A stretch of DNA of 64,000 bases, from NCBI GenBank assembly GCA_964019335.1, contig OZ025706.1, positions 62,001 through 126,000 on the forward strand, read 5' to 3'. How positions within the stretch are numbered: position 1 is the stretch's first letter; every line of letters starts with the position of its first letter. Position numbers and translations under genes: made by a program. Under the pieces are notes generated by a model. The model saw only the letters and a program-made list of their open reading frames with translations, made no database searches and was not told the origin of the DNA. This DNA comes from Diplonema japonicum. Lineage: Eukaryota > Protista > Euglenozoa: Diplonemea. Shown here piece after piece: positions 54,931 to 64,000 of this stretch.

Positions 54931-57346
54931 TCAAGGCTTGTACAGCCTCGCATCAGGCCTGTTTCGCTCTTTTGTTGCTTCTTCTTGGATTTTCGAATTT
55001 ATCTTATCCCATGACAACTGCACGGCCTGGTCCCCCTGCATTCTCTGTTTGAAGGCTGCCAACGTTTCCTGCTTGTTAAACGTCTGAAGGTGAGCTGCAC
55101 GGAAGGCAAGCACCGTGTCGATATGAGTCATGTGCTTGGTAGCCAGCTCCAAGGCACGGTCCCAGTTGTACAGATCTATGTGCATTTTGATGGCACGGTA
55201 GTGAAGGCCTGCTTGGAGGAGGACCTGTTCGGCCTCCGCGGACCGCCTTTGGAAGAGGGCCAGCTCTGCTGCTCGTCCTTCAGGAACCGGGATTTCTTGA
55301 ATGTATCTCATGTACTGCAGCTTATCGCTTTCCTCCAGTGCCGCGTAGGCGATCTCAGCGGTGGCCAACTCACCTGACCTCACAGCGAGGCCTGCCAAGA
55401 TGCTCCACATGAAATCCTCCTTCACCACTCTGCACAGCCTTGTCGCAGCGTCCCAGTCGTTCCCCTTAATATGGCTGAAGATCAAGCTAGGGTAAGGAGA
55501 CACCGTGAACGTGAGCACCGCACCATCGGTGCCCCTCCTGATGGTCACCCTGCTCCCGAAGAAGTCTATTATTTGATCGTTCCAGCCGAACTCCACCTGC
55601 AGCTGTCCGTCCTCTCTTATCGTTTTCGTCTTTGGCAGCAGGTCCCTGTCGATGAAGACGACTGCTGGGTAGTACCAGATCACCAGCTTCAAGTCGGCCA
55701 GTGCCATCAAGATCTATGTGAATGTGTGTGTATTTATTGTTTTTCTTTTCCCATGTACCTCCGAGTTATCGTTCCACTTCACGCTCGACACCATTGCGGC
55801 CAGCTTGTGCACCTTGCTCACACCCGACGGCTGCAGGGACGTGACGTACAGGTCCCTGTTTCTGTCGACGAAGGCTAGCTTCCTCTCCTTGGCATCGCCA
55901 TACTGTTCAAAAGTTGTTGTATTCAGATACCACCTTGCTGCATACCTGGCTGAGGCATATTTCGGAGATCTCCATCATGTGCTCTATTTTAACGTCCGTT
56001 TTCTGCCTACCGTTCGAGCAGTCGAAGATGGAAACCGTCTTCGTGTTAGAAGCGTCCCTCACAGCGAAGGTGTCGTTGGAGAGGGACAACGACATGCTGT
56101 TGATGGTGGAGGTGGTGAGGTGGGGGACCTTCACTGTGCAAAGGGAGCGGCCGTCGTAGTTGTGGAGCTGGATGCCGTGGAAGGAGTCGACAAACGCGAA
56201 TACCTTCTCCGCCTGCAGGATGAGGTTGACCGTCGCCTTCAAGTCGAACTGATGAGGCGCGTTGAAGTTGTTGGTGTTGTACACTACGCACTGCGTCGTG
56301 GTGGCCACTATGAGGTGGCTGTACCCAAGTGCCATCTTAATGATCTTGTCGCGGTGCTCCAGCTCTTCCGCAGAGTCCGTCAGCACGTCGTACACCCTTA
56401 TCCTGTTCGCTTCCCGTAGCGACACTTCGAACTTGTCGTATGTCAGCTTCCTGTCCAGCAGCTGCGCAAAGGCGACGGTCCCCGTCCCTCCTGCACCCGC
56501 TAGCTGTGTGCTGTCGGACGTCCACGCTATCTTGAAGATGGACCCCGTCTTGCAGGAATCCCTGCAGTGCGTCCACCCTGTCCTGTCGCACACCCTGAGG
56601 GAGTTGAAGCTCCCCACAGCAAAACACTGCCCATCTGGCGAGAACGCCACCGACGTGATAGCATATTCGCTGGGGACCTGGCATGTGTAGGTGGGCCTCC
56701 CGTAGCTGTCCCACACTTTGAACCTCCCGTCTTCGGCACCCGACACAATCAAGTTGTTAACGGCGGACCAGTCCACAGCTAGAACCGCCGAGCTGTGCGC
56801 TGCCCACTGCAGGTTCTTGTTCGAGGGCTGCAAGGGTTTGATGATAAGCTCCTTCCCGCTGGCAAGAAGAATCTGGTCGTTCTCCGGTGACCAGCATAGA
56901 GCATGGATACACTGCGCCTGCTGTGCGAGCGTCGAACGGAGCATTCCCGCTTGTGACCATATCTTGACCTGCCCGTCCTCGCCGCCTGTTGCCAGGGCGC
57001 CGCCTTCGCTGTTCCATGCCAAGCACGCTACAGCGCCCTTGTGTGCCTCAACACATTTCTCGACTCTTCCGGTAACCGCGCTGATGACACGGAAGTTCCC
57101 ATCCGCACACGACACCACAAACAAGTCTTTGCCCTGGTCCCCTTTCTTTGCCATCGGATACCACACCATGCCTGTGGGGTGGGACTCAATGTCGCACATC
57201 TTCCCCATCGGCTCGCCGGACATGTTCCACTTCCATATCGTCAGGTCGTCCCCGCAGCTGTACAGCTCGTTGTTCGGGGACCACACCACGGCACTGCACG
57301 ACTCCTTGTGCTGGTTCGACGAGCACTGCGTGAAGTTCAGCCGCAT
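54931..57346 (-). CDS. IFT80: Intraflagellar transport protein 80; introns 55903-55945 and 55714-55758
   Basis: WD40 repeats (GGEDGQVKIWS, SGAEDGRFKVWDSYGR), LAFVDRNRDLY, C-terminal HIDTVLAFR. Splicing joins the two ORFs in frame. Confidence 0.95.
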
Positions 57347-57436
57347 TTTCCTGTCTTTCGTGTCCCCCCTGTGCTACGATACGACAAATGGAAAAAAAAA
57401 CCCTTTTTTTTTCAAGAAAAAAACTTTCTTCCTATT

Positions 57437-58588
57437 TCACTTCAAGTCTGCGATAACCCCTTGGACCCAAGACTCTGGCAGGTAGTCCTGCAGCTGAAGG
57501 GGTTCTGTGAGGAAGCTAGGAGGGCTATTAGTCGGGAGATCGGAGAAGACTTTTTTAGTCAGACTTTCGTAGAGGAGCTGGAAGGGGCCATCGTGGGGGA
57601 GGCTGAGGTAGAGATACGCGCAGCAGAGCTCAGATGCACGGTGGGGGTTCTTGGTCGAGGCGTAGATGTCGAGCATCTGACGCCAGATGGGGATGTGCCC
57701 AGTGCGGGAACGCGCAAGGGGAAAGAAGCAGGCCTCAGCAGCCTTGACGTCCGATAGTTTGTTACACCTGATGAGATACTGCAGCTGGAGGGAGTCGGAA
57801 GGGTTCTTCAACGTGCCCCACAGAGAGTCAAACCTGTCAAACTGGTTTGCTTTGATGTAGTGAGTGAGCATGCTGGTGCGGACAATCTCCCCGTCGAGCC
57901 CGTGCGCCTTCGCCGAGTCGAATATCTTCTCTGCGTTGGCGACATCGTTGGTCTTCTTGCAGACGTTGATCATCCTGGCGAGGGTGTAGACAGACGGCTT
58001 CAAGCCGTACATTTGCATTTCTTTGAGGTGCTGCTTGCATTCTGCGTAATTTTCGAATACAGGTATCACAGCGTCGAAGACGGAGGTGCGTGTCGGGACG
58101 AGACTTTCCTTGAAGGTCTTAAAGGTTGAGAGAGTGCGCCTTCTGTCGTGAACACGCACATACCCACGGATGACCACCTCGTACTCAAAATCAGTGAAGT
58201 TTTTCACCGTCTTCGCGATGTTTTCTATCTCAGAAGCGTGGCGAGCGAATGTTGACACGTTGTGCAGCATGGAAGCCCGAAGATGCGAGTCGGGTGTGAT
58301 GTTTTTTTTCTTGATGAGGCTCATCACGTAGTCGTTTGCCTTGTGGTCCATCGAGCCTCTCGCCACCATCAGGGCAGCGCTCAAGACACTGATCCCGATC
58401 TCCGGCAGGGCTTCCAGCGTCTCTCTCAGTACTTTTCCCCTTCCCATTCTCACCTCTTTGTCTTGCACAAGCTTCCCCTTGAATCTCGATGCCAACAGTT
58501 GTGCGCCTTCCTCATCTGTCGTGCACCTCGCTAACCTACCCTTCCAGTTGTCTATCGCCACCCGCAGCCTCACCGCGCTTCTCCGCAT
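57437..58588 (-). CDS. Pentatricopeptide repeat protein, probably mitochondrial
   Basis: Arg-rich presequence; PPR-like MQMYGLKPSVYTLARMINVCKKTNDVANAEKIFD. Confidence 0.75.
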   Translation of the reverse strand: MRRSAVRLRVAIDNWKGRLARCTTDEEGAQLLASRFKGKLVQDKEVRMGRGKVLRETLEALPEIGISVLSAALMVARGSMDHKANDYVMSLIKKKNITPDSHLRASMLHNVSTFARHASEIENIAKTVKNFTDFEYEVVIRGYVRVHDRRRTLSTFKTFKESLVPTRTSVFDAVIPVFENYAECKQHLKEMQMYGLKPSVYTLARMINVCKKTNDVANAEKIFDSAKAHGLDGEIVRTSMLTHYIKANQFDRFDSLWGTLKNPSDSLQLQYLIRCNKLSDVKAAEACFFPLARSRTGHIPIWRQMLDIYASTKNPHRASELCCAYLYLSLPHDGPFQLLYESLTKKVFSDLPTNSPPSFLTEPLQLQDYLPESWVQGVIADLK

Positions 58589-58927
58589 CTCATTTACCAG
58601 TATTCGAATGATGTAAAAGCACCGGCAGAAAGCATCAACACAAATAAAAAAATAAGCCCGATAATGCCGTTAGCATGAAGGCAATTCAAAGACAAAAAAA
58701 AAGGGGAGGAAGAAGCAGGGGCCAAGAGAAACATAAAAACATTTTGCCACATGGGTATAAAGGGGAGCACCCCATCTCGCATGCACACTTCCCGAGGAGG
58801 AAGGGGAGGGCATGTTGATGGGGAACGCACAGAAAGTAATAACAATAATCGTTTCTTTTTTTTTTTGTTGTTCTCCAACATATAATTGAACGTTTTTTTT
58901 TTTTTTTTTTTTTTTGTTTGTTTCAGC

Positions 58928-60277
58928 TTACAGGCCGGGCCAGTTCCCTGTGGTGGGGTTGCACTTGGTGTAGACAGGGGCGGGGCCCCACCTCCAGGTG
59001 GGCTTCATGATGTCGTTAAGATTGGCGGCGAGCTCTGGAGCGAGCTTGGTTCCGTTAGGGTTGGTGGTGGGGCTTGGGTTCACGGACCACACGAAGGCGC
59101 CGAGGAAGCCATTCTGCTTGGCGTAGGTGGCGATCTCCTTGTCAGCGGCCATGCCTTCCCACACGCCGCCAGCTGCCTGCTCACCGGGCTCGAAGCCGAT
59201 GTTGATCTTCTCCTTCGGGACCTTCCCGTAGGTCACGAAGTTGTTCATGATGGTCGTGAAGTTCAGCTGCAGCGCCCCCGCTGGGGTCCCCGCGTCATAG
59301 GCCATGATGTTAGCCGTGTCGAAGCTTGCCCCCGACTGCGGCCAGATCTTCGCCCCCTCGTTGTCCGTCGCGAAAGTCTGGTTCGGGCGCGGGCTCCCCG
59401 GCAGCAGGTAGTTCCACGGGTTCCCAGCAGGGAGGAAGGCGTTGAAGCGCGTCGTCCACGACACCTCCAGGTGGTCAGGCCCATTCTTCCCCACCTCGTC
59501 CATGAAGTTCATGTTGGTCTGGTAGTAGGGCTTCATGTCCGCCTGCTGCCACGGCTGCAGGGCGTTGTACTCCGCCTCCAGCTGCTGCTTCCTCGTCGCC
59601 GCGAAGCTGCTCCACTGCGGCTTCACGTTGCTGTCCAGCTCCTCCCGCAGGGCAGCCACCAGTGCGTTGTACGCTGCGAACTCATCGTCACCGTTGATCG
59701 TGGCGAACGGCGTCAGGTGCTCGAAGTCAAGGTCCACACCGTCAGCGAAGGTCCACAGCACGAGCTTGCCCATCAGCTTTGCGATGGAGCGTGCGTTCTG
59801 CACGGTCCCAACGCGGGCGAAGTCGCTCCATCCACCAAGCGAGATCTTGAACCTCTTCGGCCCGTCGGGGTGCATCTTCGCCATGCGAGAGGACTCCGCA
59901 ATGGACACGATCCCAGGGGTCGCGGCGGTGGTATCGGGGGTGATGGCAGCTGCACCGTTCTTTGACGCAGCCGCCAGATAGATCGCCCTCCTGTCCCACA
60001 CAGGGCATGGCCCGGATGCACCACTTGAGTTTGGTGCGTTGCTGCAGCTCACCTGCGACGGTGTGGGGTTCTCCGTCAGGAAGGTGAACCCGTAGTTCAC
60101 GCTCGAGTACGGCTTCAGCGATGTGATGTACGGCTGGGGTTCGAAGCACCCCATCAGGCAGTTCCCGGGGATGTTGTTGTCCCACCACTTCACGTTCACC
60201 CAGTCCTCAAGGTACCCCAGCAGCTCGTTCCCACTGCACACACCCGCAAGCAGCAGCACAAAGAGAAGCGATCTCAT
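58928..60277 (-). CDS. Secreted GH18 chitinase-like glycoside hydrolase
   Basis: Signal peptide; SLGGW, DGVDLDFE (DxxDxDxE intact), MAYD, GAFVW. Confidence 0.88.
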   Translation of the reverse strand: MRSLLFVLLLAGVCSGNELLGYLEDWVNVKWWDNNIPGNCLMGCFEPQPYITSLKPYSSVNYGFTFLTENPTPSQVSCSNAPNSSGASGPCPVWDRRAIYLAAASKNGAAAITPDTTAATPGIVSIAESSRMAKMHPDGPKRFKISLGGWSDFARVGTVQNARSIAKLMGKLVLWTFADGVDLDFEHLTPFATINGDDEFAAYNALVAALREELDSNVKPQWSSFAATRKQQLEAEYNALQPWQQADMKPYYQTNMNFMDEVGKNGPDHLEVSWTTRFNAFLPAGNPWNYLLPGSPRPNQTFATDNEGAKIWPQSGASFDTANIMAYDAGTPAGALQLNFTTIMNNFVTYGKVPKEKINIGFEPGEQAAGGVWEGMAADKEIATYAKQNGFLGAFVWSVNPSPTTNPNGTKLAPELAANLNDIMKPTWRWGPAPVYTKCNPTTGNWPGL

Positions 60278-61081
60278 CTTGCGTATTGTAAACCCTGTAG
60301 TGTGTTGGGTAGTGCAAAAAAAAAAACAAAAAAAAAACTATAATGGGGGGAGGGGGGCATTGCAAATCGGAAAAAAAAAACGGGGGGGGAAGGAAAAGCA
60401 AGGAAAACTTTTAATAAAAAAAAGAAACTAGTAACTCTTTTTCTTGGGGGGGGGGCTTTTTTTGATTTAATTTTCCTCTCGGCTTTTTTTTTTAAAAAAA
60501 AGGAAAAAAGAAATTCTTTTTTTTTTGGACACTTTTTCTTGTTACCTTTTTACATGCGGACCTCACAAAGGCGTGTAAACAGACACCGTGAGCGCACACG
60601 TTGCGGGCTGTTGTAGGAAGGCAATAATAGTTTTGAATGTAAGGGGAAAAATAGGAAAAAGAAATAAGGAAAAGGAAAAAAAAGAGAATAAACAAGGCCC
60701 GTGTTGGTGGCGCCCTACACAAGCACTGTCTACTTGATTACAGGGGGCACCTCGGCCGAGCTGTAGTCTCTTCTGCATTCTGCGTCGTGTCCTTAATGCG
60801 TGCGATGTGCAGCTCAAAAAAAAAAAAAAAAAAGAGACATGGGTACCTGCGGTATGTAGCAGGACGCCTGGAAAAAAGAAAGAAAAACGCGGTGTCGAAG
60901 AGCAAAGCCTTACTCGAGGACCCACCCAAAAGAAGAATAAAAAGGAAGAAAAAAAAAAACCGAATAATAAATAAAAAAAATACTGTGGTGTGTTGAGTGC
61001 GGGGAAGGGAGAGAGGTGGTGGGCCTCTTTTTATTCTTTTTTTTGGGGGGGGGGATGTTGTGGTTACCATCCAGAATTCTT

Positions 61082-61112
<31 letters not shown>

Positions 61113-61167
61113 CTCATCACTTTATATTTAAAAAAAAAAAAAAAAACTTTTCTAACGCTATGTCACA

Positions 61168-62355
61168 TCAGTTGAGCGAAGAAGCAATGAGTCTGGATGG
61201 CTGCTGCAGAACGTGGTTGGCAGCACGCTGCAGCTGTCTAGCAAGAAGGGTCATATTGGGGGTATTGTCACCAAAATCGGTGCCATAAGCAATATGTGGT
61301 ATGTACAAGTGGCCGAGGTGCACAGCGAGATCTGCATAATTCCAGCCATTTAGATCTAGTACTGGCTGAGGCGCGAGCTGGATCACAACGGAGGAGGGTG
61401 GCAGGTATATCAGCATTGTGAGGCCATTACCGTGCACACCAAGAAAAATGTCTGACGTTACAACTGTCTTAAGCTGTTCCTTGAATGGCATTCCTTCCCA
61501 TTTCGTAACGGTGGCTGTCATGCGATGCTTCTCAGCAAGGCCTGCGATCTCTTCGGCCCCCCTCATGAACCTGCCGTAAATAGGATCTCTATTTAAAATA
61601 AGCAATCTCGGCGTGGCAAGCCGACTGTCAGCAATTGGGACCAACGTGATCCCCATTTGCTTTAACACAGCATCACGGAAATCTGGAATATCATGTTTGT
61701 GCCAAGCGTGCTGGCCTTCACCTTCGAATACCCGCCAGCCACCTACTAAACCTTCCTTGTGACAGATGGTGTGTTGAATTGTTTGTAACAGTCGGACGTC
61801 AGCAGGGTCCGCTGTAAGGAGCTTGAAAAGCCCCCAGTGATGGTTCTGCAGAGGGACGTCCCACGAGGTATTTGAACCAAGTAATAGGTCGGACCGTTTA
61901 CCGTGCAGATAAACTATAGGGTTGGTGAGGTTCATTTCTTTGAGCAGTTTGAAGGTTGGGATGAGGCGCTGCATGAGGTGGTAACCGGTCGACTTCCACA
62001 ACGTGATAACAACTGCAGATCGCTCTATAGACCTAGAGCTGCACTGTAGCCTGGGATCGGATCTGAAGGAGACCTTGACCCGGGTTGTCACTTCGTTGCA
62101 TATTTTCAAGCTTTGTCTTTTTCTTACGGGCATGGTACCTGTGTCCAGTATCAGGCCGCCACCGCCCACGCAGAAACACCCCATCTCGTAGCTGCACTTT
62201 TTAAACTGTTTCACAATGCTGCCCAGAGAAGGCGTGGCCAATGGTACCGCCTGCACCTCGTCACCCGGTACCACGTGACTTGCGCCGCCGTACCATGTTC
62301 CATACACAACTAACTGGCAAAACACGGCCGCCAATAGAATCTTACGCAGATGCAT
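61168..62355 (-). CDS. Type II membrane GT61-family glycosyltransferase
   Basis: N-terminal TM; EGMPFKEQL...GVHGNGLTMLIYLPPSSVVIQL. Confidence 0.82.
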   Translation of the reverse strand: MHLRKILLAAVFCQLVVYGTWYGGASHVVPGDEVQAVPLATPSLGSIVKQFKKCSYEMGCFCVGGGGLILDTGTMPVRKRQSLKICNEVTTRVKVSFRSDPRLQCSSRSIERSAVVITLWKSTGYHLMQRLIPTFKLLKEMNLTNPIVYLHGKRSDLLLGSNTSWDVPLQNHHWGLFKLLTADPADVRLLQTIQHTICHKEGLVGGWRVFEGEGQHAWHKHDIPDFRDAVLKQMGITLVPIADSRLATPRLLILNRDPIYGRFMRGAEEIAGLAEKHRMTATVTKWEGMPFKEQLKTVVTSDIFLGVHGNGLTMLIYLPPSSVVIQLAPQPVLDLNGWNYADLAVHLGHLYIPHIAYGTDFGDNTPNMTLLARQLQRAANHVLQQPSRLIASSLN

Positions 62356-62547
62356 TGCCGCATGCCGCGTGTGGTGGCCTTTCTCTCTTTTTATTTTTAA
62401 AAGAGGGGAATCTGATGTGATTTTTTTTTTTTAGGGGAGGGGTGGGAGGGCAAGGGGAGAAATACAAAAAAAAAAAAAAAAAAAAAAAGAGTGATCATAA
62501 TTTCCCTTTAATGTTTGTAAAAAAAAAAAAAAAAACCTTTTCCCTTT

Positions 62548-64000
62548 TCAAAACAGCGTTGTGAAACTCAGCTGTGCTACCTCCAAACCGGCTACGGTCT
62601 CTGAGATCACCGAGTCCATCTTCCCTCCTGGTAGGTACTGCGCCGTTCCCTCGTATTTGATGCTGGTGGGCCGTGCCACGAATGTGCCTTTTGGTGGTGC
62701 AGTAGACGGGGCTGAGGCGAGTTGGAGGGTGCCATGACTGTCCACAAACAATACCCCACAGCACCACTGTGTTTCAATTTTGTTCTTTCTGTCTTTCCCC
62801 TCATACCTTGACAGGGCCTTCACGTAACCGAGGGACACGCCATGTGTCCGGCAGTAGAATCCTTGTCCTTGTCACGGAGCCTTTGCTGTACAACGGGAGC
62901 AGCTTCAGGAAGGCATCGCCTGCAGCATTCGACAGCACTTCTAAGCACAGCACCACACCTCGTCTAGACACCGGTTTCTGTTTAATATTACTTTTTTCTT
63001 CCCACCCTTGCAATGTCATACTATGGTACACCGTACAAGCCTTCTCCCGATGGACACAGCACGCGGTGGGGTTGCGAGGGCCAACGGCTGCAGCACCATC
63101 CCAGCAATGGAGGCAGGGTAGGGGAGGGCAATGGGTGACGCTGACATCGACACTAAGATACTGGACCTTCCTGCCACTACCGCGACAGCTACATGGTACG
63201 GAGGAAGGACCGTAGCAGTGGGGGTTAGCCTGAGCGTGATCTTGGTCAGGGTGAGGACCAGTAGGTTGCCTTCAACAGCGAAGGAGATGACAGGTGACAC
63301 ATATGGGGGCATGACCTCGAAGAGCTGTTTCCCGTATTTCGAAGGAAACATGTCTAAGGAGTACGGAAGCACTCCGCCATGCTCCCCAACACGCAACCAC
63401 AACCTCCTGCACCTTCGCAGCCCCACCTCCCCCGGGGTCCCTAGCATCCTGCAGTTCCCATCCACCACCCTCCCGACATCCATGCATGGGAGGGCCGTTT
63501 CCTTCCCTTCGTAGCTTACGATGATCCCGCTGTCTTTGTACCCTACGTCATACCACCATTTCACCCCGCCAGCTGTTATGTTGCGGGTCAGGTCGCCCTT
63601 CAACCTCTCAACGCCACCCTTCACCCCCAGCTGGCCTAGGTACCAGAAGCAGCATTTTCCGAACTGGTTTGTCTTCACAAGCATCAGCTTCTTATACTTC
63701 TCGGTCAATGGATCATCAACGGCACTCGCAAGCATCTCGCTCATCTGCGGGACAACCTGCAATGTCAGCGACCTCTCCAGCTGCGGGTTCTGCGTCTTGT
63801 ACACCATCTCGAGGAGCGGGACACAGTTCCTCATCTTCTCCATGGAATTGAGATGCGCATGGACAGCACCTACCTCGCCTGCGGGTATCTTCAGCACCAT
63901 GTTGATGTTCGGCCCCGTTGCAGTGGGAACGACCCTGCGCCTCTTGACGGCCACAGGCTGGTGTTTCACCTCGAGCCTCTTGCAAGCCTGATTGGCTCGC
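62548..64000 (-). CDS. Hypothetical protein, 5' end outside window; two introns (~62978-63021, ~62768-62805)
   Basis: ORFs join via GTATG...CAG introns: RCTI|KPVSRR...GPVK|WCCG...TTLF*. Confidence 0.6.

Noticed and set aside
1-64000. tRNA, rRNA, SL RNA or HDV-like ribozyme genes
   Set aside because: None recognised by eye; not excluded without tRNAscan-SE or Infernal.

Overview
Eukaryotic, almost certainly euglenozoan (diplonemid-like) genomic DNA. About 22 host protein genes all lie on the minus strand with spacers as short as 54-170 nt, consistent with a polycistronic directional gene cluster. Many genes are split by tiny (32-66 nt) GT-AG introns, often with poly(A) rather than pyrimidines before the AG, so the ORF track fragments them. 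Genes I could reconstruct: STE11-type MAP3K with a C-terminal TM, CCDC47, a tandem double-Stealth phosphotransferase, a bacterial-like double XRE-HTH protein, cactin, NPRL3, a dually acylated MGCGAS protein, ABCF3/GCN20, a degenerate EF-1beta paralog, non-specific phospholipase C, a PTPMT1-like phosphatase, a 2103-aa membrane subtilisin, a CxxC+CCCH zinc finger, IFT80, a PPR protein, a GH18 chitinase-like protein and a GT61. Mobile DNA is diverse: a piggyBac relic (TTAA TSD, 14-bp TIR), a pogo-like relic (TA TSD), a Crypton-like tyrosine-recombinase relic, MITE-like elements, two dispersed repeat families, and a nearly intact APE-RT non-LTR retrotransposon. The most striking feature is that retrotransposon's ORF1/ORF2 junction: ORF2 has no initiator ATG and is in frame behind a single UGA-CUG stop, followed by a 2A-like (StopGo) GVEPNPGP motif, suggesting stop readthrough plus ribosomal skipping. 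Family assignments come from motif recognition, not database searches.
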